A DNA stretch of 64,000 nucleotides from an uncultured Verrucomicrobiota bacterium (GTDB taxonomy: Bacteria > Verrucomicrobiota > Verrucomicrobiia > Limisphaerales > AAA164-E04). The stretch covers positions 903-64,902 of the forward strand of contig CAYPZD010000005.1 of assembly GCA_964415055.1 (NCBI GenBank), written 5' to 3'. A model generated the notes under the pieces. That model saw only the letters and a program-made list of their open reading frames with translations. It made no database searches and was not told the DNA's origin. Of this stretch, positions 8,328 to 18,086 are shown piece by piece; position 1 is the stretch's first letter, and every line of letters begins with the position of its first letter. Position numbers and translations under genes: made by a program.

Positions 8328-9227
8328 ATGCAAATACAGAGTCTGAAAGTTTTTAGTGATCTATCGGAAACAGAAAGCTTTACCAAAGCAGCACAAATCA
8401 ACGGGATCACACAATCAGCGGTGAGCCAACAAATCGGATCGCTTGAAAAGCAGTTCGACACCCTCCTGATCGAGCGAAGCAAAAAGAAATTCCGACTCAC
8501 CCGGGAAGGCAATGTGCTGTACGAATACAGCAAACAAATCATTCAAACTTATGATTCCCTGTTGAATCACCTGCAGGAAATCAAGGACGTCGTCTCAGGC
8601 ACGATTCGTGTGGCAACGATTTACAGTGTAGGCCTCCACGAATTGCCCCCCTACATGAAGCGGTTTCTCAAGGAATATCCCACTGTCAACGTGCATGTCG
8701 AATACCGGCGATCCAATCAGGTCTACGACGATGTCCTGAGCAACGTGGTGGATCTCGGTCTTGTCGCCTATCCTGTCAAGGATTCACGCCTGGAACTCAT
8801 TCCCATTCGCAACGATCGCCTGGTCCTGATCTGTCACCCCGAACACACATGTGCCCAAAACGGCAACGTTCAATTATCCAGTCTTGACGGCTTGAATTTC
8901 ATTGGCTTCGAACCCGATATCCCCACGCGCAAAGGGATCGACAAGATTCTGAAGAACTTCGGGGTACAGGTCAATGTGGCGATGGAATTTGATAACATCG
9001 AAACAGTCAAACGAGCGGTTGAAATCGATGCCGGAGTCTCAATCGTCCCCTTGGGAACGGTCACCCAGGAAATCAACAAACAAACCCTCACCTGCGTGGA
9101 AATCGCCGACGACACCTTCTATCGCCCCTTGGCAGTAGTGTACAAGAAGAGCAAAGTCCTGTCACCTGCCATGAAGGAATTCATGAATATTCTGAAAGAG
9201 GATCTGGAAACAGCGCCCAAAACCTGA
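8328..9227 (+). CDS. LysR-family transcriptional regulator
   Basis: N-terminal HTH (FTKAAQINGITQSAVSQQIGSLEKQF) plus a roughly 200-aa substrate-binding domain; 299 aa. Confidence 0.9.
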   Translation: MQIQSLKVFSDLSETESFTKAAQINGITQSAVSQQIGSLEKQFDTLLIERSKKKFRLTREGNVLYEYSKQIIQTYDSLLNHLQEIKDVVSGTIRVATIYSVGLHELPPYMKRFLKEYPTVNVHVEYRRSNQVYDDVLSNVVDLGLVAYPVKDSRLELIPIRNDRLVLICHPEHTCAQNGNVQLSSLDGLNFIGFEPDIPTRKGIDKILKNFGVQVNVAMEFDNIETVKRAVEIDAGVSIVPLGTVTQEINKQTLTCVEIADDTFYRPLAVVYKKSKVLSPAMKEFMNILKEDLETAPKT

Positions 9228-9240
9228 TTGGATCAGAGGC

Positions 9241-10323
9241 ATGCATCAAGATACATGCCCAGATCGTGTCAAAGTCGCCGTCATCGGTGCATCGGGTTAT
9301 TCAGGCGAAGAACTCGTCAAGCTGCTATTGCTCCACCCTCAAGTGGACCTGACCGCATTGACCTCCCGTCAATATGAAGGCAAGTCACTTGGGGAGGTGT
9401 TTCCGCGCTTTGCCAATTTGCCGGGAGCCAAAGAACTGAGTTTTATTGCTCCCGATACGGACAAAATACTCGAACTGGCCGAACTGGCTTTTCTGGCGCT
9501 TCCCCATGGAGTGGCTGCGGAATTTGCCGCCCCTCTTTGTGCCGGGGGATGCCAGGTCATTGATCTGAGCGCGGATTTCAGAATCCATGATCCGGTGGTT
9601 TACAAAGAATTCTACGGAGCCGACCACCCTGCCCCGGACCTGTTGGATCAAGCCGTCTATGGACTACCTGAATGGCGACGAGATGAGATCAAACAAGCCC
9701 AACTCATTGCCTCACCGGGATGCTATCCGACCAGCATCCTGCTGCCATGCCTACCATTGATCAAAGCAGGGCTCATTCAACCCTCCACCATCATCGCCAA
9801 CTCACTGAGCGGAGTGAGTGGTGCGGGCAGGAAAGCAGACATCCCGTTCCTATATGTCGAATGCAACGAAAGTGTCCGACCCTACGGCGTGCCCAAGCAC
9901 CGGCATCTGTCCGAAATCGAACAGGAAATCAGCTTGGCGGCCGGAAGCAAGACTGTGATTCAGTTCACACCACATCTCATTCCGGTGAACCGCGGCATCC
10001 TGACCACCCTCACGATGGCACCATCCGAAAAGGCCACGTCAAATGATGATCCGGCCTCCATCATCGAACAAGTCGATGCCTGCCTCAATAAGGCATACGA
10101 GAACGAGCCCTTCGTCCGATTGCTCGGCACCAAAGGACTCCCGGACACCAAACATGTCGTCGGCACAAACAACATCGAAATCGCTTTTCGATGGGATGAA
10201 AGAACAGGAAGGCTCATCGTGATGAGCGCCGAGGACAATCTGGTCAAAGGAGCCAGTGGTCAGGCTATTCAATCCATGAACATCCTCCGGGGTTTTCCTG
10301 AAACGACAGGATTGATGCTTTAA
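9241..10323 (+). CDS. argC: N-acetyl-gamma-glutamyl-phosphate reductase
   Basis: VAVIGASGYSGEEL NAD motif, catalytic SPGCYPTS, C-terminal DNLVKGASGQAIQ. Confidence 0.93.
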   Translation: MHQDTCPDRVKVAVIGASGYSGEELVKLLLLHPQVDLTALTSRQYEGKSLGEVFPRFANLPGAKELSFIAPDTDKILELAELAFLALPHGVAAEFAAPLCAGGCQVIDLSADFRIHDPVVYKEFYGADHPAPDLLDQAVYGLPEWRRDEIKQAQLIASPGCYPTSILLPCLPLIKAGLIQPSTIIANSLSGVSGAGRKADIPFLYVECNESVRPYGVPKHRHLSEIEQEISLAAGSKTVIQFTPHLIPVNRGILTTLTMAPSEKATSNDDPASIIEQVDACLNKAYENEPFVRLLGTKGLPDTKHVVGTNNIEIAFRWDERTGRLIVMSAEDNLVKGASGQAIQSMNILRGFPETTGLML

Positions 10324-10356
10324 CCGATCCTCCGCATTTCAACCATCCATTCATCT

Positions 10357-11145
10357 ATGAACAAACACGTATCGCCACCCGGAATCCGGATCTTGCTTAT
10401 CCTGATCACACTGCTTCATCTTCCATTGTATGGCGAGAAGGTGACGGAAAAGGACACGCCAAAAGAACCGTTGGTGGCGACCTTTTCCATCGTGGGCTTC
10501 GATCCGGTCACCGGTGATTTGGGGGTGGCGGTGCAAAGCAAATTTTTTGGAGTTGGCACCGTCGTTCCGTGGGCCAAGGCGGATGTCGGCGCAGTGGCCA
10601 CCCAGAGTTACGCGAACATCACCTATGGAACCGAAGGCATCGCACTTCTGGAGAAAGGACTCACACCCAAAGAAGCGATCGAACACCTGACTCGAAACGA
10701 TGAAGGAAACCCTCTACGACAAGCGGGTATGGTGGATGCAAAAGGACGCGCCATTTCCTTCACCGGCGCCAAATGCAACGAATGGGCAGGTCATGTGGTG
10801 GGGGATCATTTCGCAGCCCAGGGAAATCTGCTTGCCGGTCAATCCGTGGTGGAAGACATGGCTTCAGCCTATCGTGAAGCCGCCGCCATCCCCGGATCGG
10901 AGTTGGCGGACTGGCTGATGGCTGCCATGCAGGCTGGACAGGAAGCCGGAGGAGACAAGCGAGGCCGTCAATCCGCCGCGTTGCTTGTCGTGCGAAAAGA
11001 CAGCGGCTACGATCGAAAAAACGATCGCTACATCGACCTGAGAGTGGAAGACCATCAAACTCCGATCATCGAACTGCAGCGACTTCTGGAAATTCACAAG
11101 CAATTCTACCGCCGGGCGCACGCCAACAAACCCAAGAGAGACTGA
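10357..11145 (+). CDS. DUF1028-family (Ntn-hydrolase-like) secreted protein
   Basis: Signal peptide, then TFSIVGFDPVTGDLGVAVQSKFFGVGTVVPWAKADVGAVATQS and GGDKRGRQSAALLVV, characteristic of DUF1028. Confidence 0.8.
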   Translation: MNKHVSPPGIRILLILITLLHLPLYGEKVTEKDTPKEPLVATFSIVGFDPVTGDLGVAVQSKFFGVGTVVPWAKADVGAVATQSYANITYGTEGIALLEKGLTPKEAIEHLTRNDEGNPLRQAGMVDAKGRAISFTGAKCNEWAGHVVGDHFAAQGNLLAGQSVVEDMASAYREAAAIPGSELADWLMAAMQAGQEAGGDKRGRQSAALLVVRKDSGYDRKNDRYIDLRVEDHQTPIIELQRLLEIHKQFYRRAHANKPKRD

Positions 11146-11186
11146 GCGATTGTTGGTCCGTACACCATTGCTTCTACCGTTTTCTC

Positions 11187-11504
11187 ATGAACGTTCCACC
11201 ATGCTTCCAAAGCAATGAATCCGGCACCTTTTTGCACCTGCGCATTCAACCCAGAGCCAGTCGGGACGAAATCGTCGGTTTGCATGGAGACGCTTTGAAA
11301 GTGCGTATCGCCGCTCCGCCTGTTGATTCGGCGGCCAATGAAGCGTTGATCAAGTTCCTGGCAAAACAACTGAATCTGCCAAAATCCCGACTGCAACTCA
11401 CAAAAGGTCAAACCTCACGCAACAAAACCATCCTGATTACGAAAACCCAGATCAACGACCTCCCCAAAGAGTTCATGGAACGCTGTGGTTCGAATAGTAA
11501 ATAG
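11187..11504 (+). CDS. DUF167 (YggU-like) protein
   Basis: LHLRIQPRASRDEIVG...LKVRIAAPPVDSAANEALIKFLAK matches the YggU family pattern. Confidence 0.8.
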   Translation: MNVPPCFQSNESGTFLHLRIQPRASRDEIVGLHGDALKVRIAAPPVDSAANEALIKFLAKQLNLPKSRLQLTKGQTSRNKTILITKTQINDLPKEFMERCGSNSK

Positions 11505-11522
11505 TAAATGTAAAATAGTGAA
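11495..11522. repeat. four tandem 7-bp units T(A/G)GT(A/G)AA
   Basis: TAGTAAA TAGTAAA TGTAAAA TAGTGAA spans the yggU-like stop codon at the convergent junction with trmJ. Confidence 0.7.
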
Positions 11523-11557
11523 TTACCCATGTCTTGAACTCACCGGTGAATCGAAAT

Positions 11558-12313
11558 TCAATATTCACCATTCAACATTTGAATGGTTACTTCCACTCGA
11601 TGCAACATGCCTCGCCACATGCGGACATCCAGATCCGTTGGACGAGCGCGGGCGAAGAAATCGGAAAAGCGTTCCATCATTCCCGTTTCCTGGTTCGCAT
11701 GCAGGAATCCGGTGGTTCGGAGAACATTCTCAAGATGGGATTTGAGACCCTCCAATTCGGAAATGGAGGCAAGTTGCATCGATCCATTTTGGGAAGTGGG
11801 TGTTTCGATGTCTGACGTTTCGGCATAGAAACGGGATGCTTCATAAAGGGTCACCATGACAGCATGGGAAAGGTTCAACGATGAAACTTCACCAAATGTG
11901 GGAATGTGGAGCAGCGTCGTGCACAATGCCAATTCTTCATTGGTCAACCCACTGCTTTCGCGTCCGAACATGAATCCGACCCTGGTATTTTCAACGGGCA
12001 AATGGGATTCCAGATCAGGCAGCGCACACCCTCGGTCCCGACGTGAACGCAACCGAGCTGTCGTTCCAAACACCATCTGCAAATCCTCCACGGCCGCTTC
12101 AGGAGAATCAAACAATGAGGCATTGACGAGCAAACTTTCAGCATGCGCAGCACGCTCTCTGGCCTCAACCCCCAAAGGATCTTTGGGGCGAACCAATCGC
12201 AATTCACTCACCCCCATATTGCCCATGGCACGAGCCACCGCCCCGATGTTTCCGGGATGCGAAGGTTCGACCAGAATGACGCTGATATCCTGTGCGCGAA
12301 GTGTTGTGCTCAT
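11558..12313 (-). CDS. SpoU/TrmH-class RNA 2'-O-methyltransferase (TrmJ-like)
   Basis: ISVILVEPSHPGNIGAVARAMGNMG, FGRESSGLTNEE and LNLSHAVMV SPOUT motifs. Confidence 0.85.
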   Translation of the reverse strand: MSTTLRAQDISVILVEPSHPGNIGAVARAMGNMGVSELRLVRPKDPLGVEARERAAHAESLLVNASLFDSPEAAVEDLQMVFGTTARLRSRRDRGCALPDLESHLPVENTRVGFMFGRESSGLTNEELALCTTLLHIPTFGEVSSLNLSHAVMVTLYEASRFYAETSDIETPTSQNGSMQLASISELEGLKSHLENVLRTTGFLHANQETGMMERFSDFFARARPTDLDVRMWRGMLHRVEVTIQMLNGEY

Positions 12314-12624
12314 CCGCTGATCCTGCAGGGAATCCGGGAACCAAGCCAGAGCTAAGAGATTTTCAGCTTGATTTTTTGATTATTTTGAAGCAATTTTTCG
12401 CCCAACGCTCGTTATCAGTAGAGAGCTTACTGCTTCCGCTCGGCAAACAATGCCTGGAGAAAAGGGGGCAGCGTGGTGGGACCAGAGAGTCGCCTTCACG
12501 AATTTTTGTTGAAGCAGAACTGAGCAAACCCGCCAAGGCTTTCCTCATCGTGCATGCATCGATTCAGAGCTCGTCTGTGATGCGACCCCATACGGGGCCG
12601 GGCTGAAAATGTACGCACTCGATT

Positions 12625-13854
12625 ATGTCATTCGAAAATCTGAATCTGGACGAACGCCTCCTGAAGGCGGTCGAAGCCTGTGGCTTCGAAACACCCACCC
12701 CCATCCAAGAACACGCCATTCCGATCATTCTGAAAGGTGGAGACGTGATGGGATCTGCACAGACAGGCACCGGTAAGACAGCCGCATTCGTGCTGCCGAT
12801 CCTGCATCAACTCATCACAAGAAAACCCGTTAAGAAAAGCGTCGGTCCGCGCTGCCTCGTGGTGGCTCCCACTCGCGAGTTGGCTCAGCAGGTTGAAAAA
12901 GATGCTACGGCTTACAGTAAGTTCATCAAGTTCACACAAGGCTCGGTGGTCGGTGGCGTTTCCTACGGCCCCCAAATCCAACTCCTGAAACGGCCTCTCG
13001 ATTTGCTTATCGCCACTCCTGGACGCCTTCTGGATCATATGGGACAAGGTCGCATTGATTTCTCACGTTTGGAATTTCTTGTTCTCGACGAAGCAGACCG
13101 TATGCTGGACATGGGATTTATCGGTGACATCCGGAAAATCGTCGCCGCCGTTCCGGAAAAACGACAGACACTCTTGTTCTCCGCCACTTTGGAAGGTCCG
13201 GTGTTGCGTATGGCTCAGACCATTCTCAAGGATCCCGAATCCATCCAGCTGACCACCAACCAAAAGAACCACGATCAGATCGATCAGCGGATCCATTGGG
13301 CAGACGACGTGTCCCACAAGCACAATTTGCTGGCGCACTATGTCCAGGCCGAAGATGTCAGTCAGGCTGTCATCTTTACCTCCACCAAACGTGGTGCCGA
13401 CGAACTCGTCCTTCAACTGAACCGTAAGGGACAAAAAGCAGCCGTACTCCATGGCGATCTCCGCATGACCGCGCGCCAGAAAACGATGGACCAGATGCAT
13501 CATGGGAAAATCAAACTCCTGGTCGCCACCGATATTGCCGCCCGAGGTTTGGATTTCAAAAACATCAGTCACGTCTTCAATTTCGACCTGCCCAACACAG
13601 CGGAAGATTACATTCACCGCATCGGAAGAACAGGTCGTGCCTCCGCCTGCGGCACCGCCATTTCATTGGTGTGCCGCAAGGATTGGGATTACCTCGTCAG
13701 CATCGAACGATTGACCGGCGGGAAATTGAAACGCGACTTGATCCCGGGATTGGAACCTCGTTCGAAGGAACCCAAGATACGATCCACACTGGGCAACGCA
13801 GGACGCTCATGGAAACCACGTCGCCGGGGTATCCCTCGTCGTCGCATGCGTTGA
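12625..13854 (+). CDS. rhlE: DEAD-box ATP-dependent RNA helicase (RhlE-like)
   Basis: Q motif, AQTGTGKT, PTRELA, VLDEADRMLDMGF, SAT, HRIGRTGRA and a basic C-terminal tail. Preceded by a roughly 310-nt leader. Confidence 0.92.
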   Translation: MSFENLNLDERLLKAVEACGFETPTPIQEHAIPIILKGGDVMGSAQTGTGKTAAFVLPILHQLITRKPVKKSVGPRCLVVAPTRELAQQVEKDATAYSKFIKFTQGSVVGGVSYGPQIQLLKRPLDLLIATPGRLLDHMGQGRIDFSRLEFLVLDEADRMLDMGFIGDIRKIVAAVPEKRQTLLFSATLEGPVLRMAQTILKDPESIQLTTNQKNHDQIDQRIHWADDVSHKHNLLAHYVQAEDVSQAVIFTSTKRGADELVLQLNRKGQKAAVLHGDLRMTARQKTMDQMHHGKIKLLVATDIAARGLDFKNISHVFNFDLPNTAEDYIHRIGRTGRASACGTAISLVCRKDWDYLVSIERLTGGKLKRDLIPGLEPRSKEPKIRSTLGNAGRSWKPRRRGIPRRRMR

Positions 13855-13937
13855 CCTCCGAATCAGATTGCAACATCCGTTGTTTCATTCAAAAACCCGT
13901 TTGATCTTTCCTGTATCCAACGGCATAAGTAACCGAC

Positions 13938-15233
13938 ATGCATCATTTCAAATACACAAAAGGCCAACTGTTTTGCGAAGGTGTTTCCGTGGACACATTG
14001 GTCCGGGAACATGGTAGTCCGCTATACGTTTACTCCAGTCAAACGCTGGTCGACCACCTGAGAAGACTGAACGGAGCCCTTTGCGATCTCGACCACATGG
14101 TCTGCTACGCGGTCAAGGCCAACTCCAACATCGGCATCCTGAGCACACTGGCCGGGCAAGGCAGCGGCTTTGACATTGTCAGCGAAGGCGAATTGATGCG
14201 TGTGCTGGCGGCCGGAGGAAAGGCCGAGCGTTGCGTATTCGCCGGCGTGGGAAAGACCGAACACGAAATCGAATTTGCGCTGCGTAAAGGAATCTATTCC
14301 TTCAATGTTGAAAGTGTGGCAGAGCTGGACCGCATTGACCGCATCGCAGGGCGGTTGAAGAAAAAAGCTCCTGTTTCCGTCCGCGTGAATCCGAACGTCG
14401 ACGCCAAGACACATGCCAAGATCACCACGGGCACTTATGAAAACAAGTTTGGTGTTCCTTACGAAGAAATCGAGGATCTCTACAAGAAAATCTCCCGAAG
14501 GAAAAACCTGAACATCCGTGGTGTACAGATGCACATCGGATCACAGTTGACACAAGTCAAACCTTTCGTCGACGCGGTCCGTAAAATGATCCCGCTGGTC
14601 AAACAACTGCAGAGTCAACATGACCTTGAAAGCTTCAGCATCGGTGGTGGCCTGGGCATCATGTACGAACAGGCCCTGGCAAGCGGATCGGAAAAATGGT
14701 GGCGCAGCAAGGAGGCCAAAGGCATTTTGACTCCCGAAAGCTACGCATCAAAATTGGTGCCGTTACTCAAACCACTGGGCATTCGCATTCTGCTGGAACC
14801 CGGACGATTCATCGCGGGCAATGCCGGGATCCTCGTCACCCAGGTTGAATACGTCAAGGACACCGCGAGCAAGCATTTTGTCATCGTGGACGCAGCCATG
14901 AACGACTTGATTCGTCCCGCTTTTTACGAAGCCTATCACGAGATCATTCCAGTCAAAAGCAAGTCAGGCAAACTCATCTCAACCGATGTGGTCGGCCCCA
15001 TCTGTGAATCCGGTGACACGTTCTGCAAGAATCGTCCACTCCCCAAGGTAAAGGAAGGAGACTACCTGGCGATGTTGAGCGCGGGTGCCTACGCTTTTAC
15101 CATGGCTTCCAATTACAACACGCGCCCCATGGCAGCCGAAGTATTGGTCAAGGGCTCCAAGAGCCAGGTCATTCGCAAGCGTCAGACACTGCGTTCGCTT
15201 TGGAAGAACGAACAGGTACCCGATTGGGACTGA
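13938..15233 (+). CDS. lysA: diaminopimelate decarboxylase
   Basis: YAVKANSN (PLP lysine), HIGSQ, EPGRFIAGNAG and CESGD motifs; 431 aa. Confidence 0.92.
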   Translation: MHHFKYTKGQLFCEGVSVDTLVREHGSPLYVYSSQTLVDHLRRLNGALCDLDHMVCYAVKANSNIGILSTLAGQGSGFDIVSEGELMRVLAAGGKAERCVFAGVGKTEHEIEFALRKGIYSFNVESVAELDRIDRIAGRLKKKAPVSVRVNPNVDAKTHAKITTGTYENKFGVPYEEIEDLYKKISRRKNLNIRGVQMHIGSQLTQVKPFVDAVRKMIPLVKQLQSQHDLESFSIGGGLGIMYEQALASGSEKWWRSKEAKGILTPESYASKLVPLLKPLGIRILLEPGRFIAGNAGILVTQVEYVKDTASKHFVIVDAAMNDLIRPAFYEAYHEIIPVKSKSGKLISTDVVGPICESGDTFCKNRPLPKVKEGDYLAMLSAGAYAFTMASNYNTRPMAAEVLVKGSKSQVIRKRQTLRSLWKNEQVPDWD

Positions 15234-15280
15234 TTCCTGAAATTCGTTTCCAACCATAAACTGCCAGGGCAGCTTGTTCC

Positions 15281-16516
15281 ATGCAACCTGAACGCCATTT
15301 TACCGATCAAAACGGGGAACAAATGATGGCCATCGGACATCGATCGCACTGGCCGTTGGAAGAAGACATGACGTTCCTGAATCATGGCTCCTTTGGCTGC
15401 TGCCCCAGACCCGTTCTCGCCTACCAGCAAGAACTACGCGACCGCTTGGAACGTCAACCGGTCCGGTTTTTCGTGCATGATCTGGAATCATTGTGGGACG
15501 AGGCCCGCACATCTCTGGCGCATTTTCTGGGCGCAACCCCGGAAGGACTGACTTTTGTTGCCAACGCCACCCACGGCGTCAACACAGTCCTGCGTTCGCT
15601 TGAATTTGAGAAAGGAGATGAACTGCTGGTCACCGATCACGAGTACAATGCCTGCCGCAATGCACTGAATTATGTGGCCGAAAGAACTGGGGCGATGGTG
15701 TCAGTTGCCAAGATCGATCTGCCGGTCAAACAACCCGAAGACATCCTCGCATCCATTCTCGAAAAAGTGACTTCGAGGACAAAACTGTTGCTCATCGACC
15801 ACGTCTCCAGCCCCACGGCCGTGGTATTTCCGATGGAATCCATCGTGAAAGAAATGCGTTCCAGAGGCATTGAAACCCTCGTGGACGGCGCACATGCACC
15901 AGGAATGTTGCCTCTGGATCTCGAAAATCTTGGAGCAGAATACTACACGGGCAACTGCCACAAATGGCTTTGTGCCCCCAAAGGAGCGGCCTTTCTATAC
16001 GTCAGGCCTGACTGCCAGCCGCGCATTCGTCCACTGGCGATCAGCCATGGAGCAAACGCCACTCGCAAAGACCGTTCACCCTTTCATTTGGAGTTCAGTT
16101 GGACGGGAACATCGGATCCCACAGCATGCCTGTCCGTTCCCAAGGCCATTGAGTGGGTGGGACAACAACACCCTAAGGGATGGCCTGGCGTTATGGAGAG
16201 AAACAACCTTTTAGCCTTGTGTGCAAGAAGTTACATATCCGAATCTTTAAACTGGCAACCCACCGCACCCGTTTCGATGGTGGGTTCGATGGTGTCGTTT
16301 CACATGCCGGATTCAGAGACCAATACTCAGCCCACATCACCACTCTATGCAGACCCGCTACAGGACAAACTATGGGGTGAGCATCGAGTCGAAGTCCCCA
16401 TCATTCCGTGGCCAGCGCCTCCCAAAAGGCTGATGCGGATCTCCTCCCAACTGTATAATGCTCCTGAAGACTATTTCAAACTGACTGAATCGCTGAAGAT
16501 TGTTTTGCCATCTTGA
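15281..16516 (+). CDS. class V aminotransferase-fold PLP enzyme (isopenicillin-N epimerase / cysteine desulfurase-like)
   Basis: LNHGSFG, ATHGVN and GNCHKWLCAPKGAAFLY (PLP-lysine context). Exact start uncertain (alternative Met codons within the first 30 codons). Confidence 0.75.
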   Translation: MQPERHFTDQNGEQMMAIGHRSHWPLEEDMTFLNHGSFGCCPRPVLAYQQELRDRLERQPVRFFVHDLESLWDEARTSLAHFLGATPEGLTFVANATHGVNTVLRSLEFEKGDELLVTDHEYNACRNALNYVAERTGAMVSVAKIDLPVKQPEDILASILEKVTSRTKLLLIDHVSSPTAVVFPMESIVKEMRSRGIETLVDGAHAPGMLPLDLENLGAEYYTGNCHKWLCAPKGAAFLYVRPDCQPRIRPLAISHGANATRKDRSPFHLEFSWTGTSDPTACLSVPKAIEWVGQQHPKGWPGVMERNNLLALCARSYISESLNWQPTAPVSMVGSMVSFHMPDSETNTQPTSPLYADPLQDKLWGEHRVEVPIIPWPAPPKRLMRISSQLYNAPEDYFKLTESLKIVLPS

Positions 16517-16673
16517 ACGAACTCAGGATGAAAATAAATCCATTCAGCGCACAAAAAGATTGATAAATTCAAAGAATTAAACACAATACGGCCTTCAAGG
16601 GAGTCGTATCGGGTTTGTAGAACCGGTTCGCTAGAACCCCGTACACACACTAAAACAAACAAACAACAGATAT

Positions 16674-16970
16674 ATGGCAAAACCATTGACCAAGTCACAG
16701 CTCGCGACAACCATCGCCGAAAAAAACGGTGTGACCAAGAAAACCGCAACTGAAATTCTAGACCAATTGGCAGAACTTGCTTACAAGGGCGCCAAAGATG
16801 GATTCACCATTCCTGGAATCGGAAAATTGGTTCTGGTCGCACGCAAGGCTCGTACCGGTCGTAACCCTCAAACAGGGGAAGCAATCAAAATCCCTGCCAA
16901 AAAAGTCGTAAAATTCCGCGTGGCGAAAGCCTGCAAAGACGCCGTAATCCCCGCCAAGAAGAAGAAATAA
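16674..16970 (+). CDS. hup: HU-family nucleoid-associated DNA-binding protein
   Basis: FTIPGIGKLVLVARKARTGRNPQTGEAIKIPAKKVVKFR arm motif, with a Lys-rich C-terminal tail. Confidence 0.92.
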   Translation: MAKPLTKSQLATTIAEKNGVTKKTATEILDQLAELAYKGAKDGFTIPGIGKLVLVARKARTGRNPQTGEAIKIPAKKVVKFRVAKACKDAVIPAKKKK

Positions 16971-17000
16971 TCATTCTTCTCACAGCGAGACCTTTTACTC

Positions 17001-17040
17001 AAAAAAGGCGCTTCGATACATCGAAGCGCCTTTTTTCTTT
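17001..17040. terminator. bidirectional rho-independent terminator
   Basis: A6 run, 10-bp stem GGCGCTTCGA (17007-17016) / TCGAAGCGCC (17021-17030), loop TACA, then T6. Confidence 0.85.
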
Positions 17041-17073
17041 TTGTGACAGACAGTTCATGTCACAACCTTGGAT

Positions 17074-18063
17074 ATGAAGATTGGAGTCGTCGGATGTGGA
17101 GCCTTGGGGAGTTATTATGGCGGCCTGCTTTGCAGGGAGGACCATGAAACACATTTCCTGCTGCGTTCAGACTTTCATCAGGTCAAAGAACAAGGTGTCC
17201 ATATTGAAAGTCCCAATGGCGATTTTACGATCCACCCCCACGCCCATCAAAACCCGTCGGACATCGGCCCCTGCGACCTTGTTCTCATCGGGCTCAAAAC
17301 AACGGCAAATGATCAGTTCCCCAAACTGATCCCCCCCTTGGTTGGAACCGACACACTGATCCTCACACTTCAAAACGGACTCGGAAACGAAGCAGCCCTG
17401 ACTCACCTGTTTCCACCGAAGCAGATTTTAGGAGGCTTGTGCTTTGTCTGCCTGAACCGAATCAGTCCGGGTCATATCCGCCACATGGATCACGGCCTCA
17501 TTGTGCTGGGTGAATGGACCGGTCCCGCCATCGAAAGAACTCTCAAGCTGGTGGAAGCTTTCAACCAAGCAGGAATCCCCTGCAAATCCACCGACAAACT
17601 TCCCCAGGCGCATTGGGAGAAACTCATGTGGAACATCCCCTTCAATGGACTTGGTGTGGCCGGACTGCTGGGACACGCCGGATTCGAATCCGACACATCA
17701 AAATTAAAAGACCTCCCCATCGAACAATGCCTCGATGCCAACTCGCTTCTGAGTGCCCCAAAATGGGAATCACGTGTCAAGCAACTGATGGATGAAGTGC
17801 GATCGGCGGCTGGGAAGATAGGATATGAGATCGACGCGGGATTAGCCGACCAACTCATCTCCCGCACACGCACCATGGGACCATACAAAGCCTCCACACT
17901 GATCGATTACGAAAAAGGCTACCCTCTCGAAATGGACAGTCTGTTCCGGGAACCGCTTCGCCAGGCCAGGGAGGCATCCAGCCCAACACCCCTATTGGAT
18001 CGCTTGGTTCTCATTCTGGAAGAATTACAGGGGCGTCAGGACAAACGCGACTTGTCAACTTGA
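17074..18063 (+). CDS. panE: 2-dehydropantoate 2-reductase
   Basis: MKIGVVGCGALGSYYGG Rossmann start, LQNGLGNE and ASTLIDYEKG motifs. ATG 17074 preferred over TTG 17068. Confidence 0.82.
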   Translation: MKIGVVGCGALGSYYGGLLCREDHETHFLLRSDFHQVKEQGVHIESPNGDFTIHPHAHQNPSDIGPCDLVLIGLKTTANDQFPKLIPPLVGTDTLILTLQNGLGNEAALTHLFPPKQILGGLCFVCLNRISPGHIRHMDHGLIVLGEWTGPAIERTLKLVEAFNQAGIPCKSTDKLPQAHWEKLMWNIPFNGLGVAGLLGHAGFESDTSKLKDLPIEQCLDANSLLSAPKWESRVKQLMDEVRSAAGKIGYEIDAGLADQLISRTRTMGPYKASTLIDYEKGYPLEMDSLFREPLRQAREASSPTPLLDRLVLILEELQGRQDKRDLST

Positions 18064-18086
18064 GCACCAATCCGTATCACATCCCC

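Noticed and set aside
12314-12624. 104-aa ORF 12292-12606 and the possibility of an ncRNA or riboswitch in the long rhlE leader.
   Set aside because: The ORF has no RBS or motif support. Long structured 5' UTRs are usual for DEAD-box (cold-shock type) helicase genes. I saw no recognisable riboswitch core.
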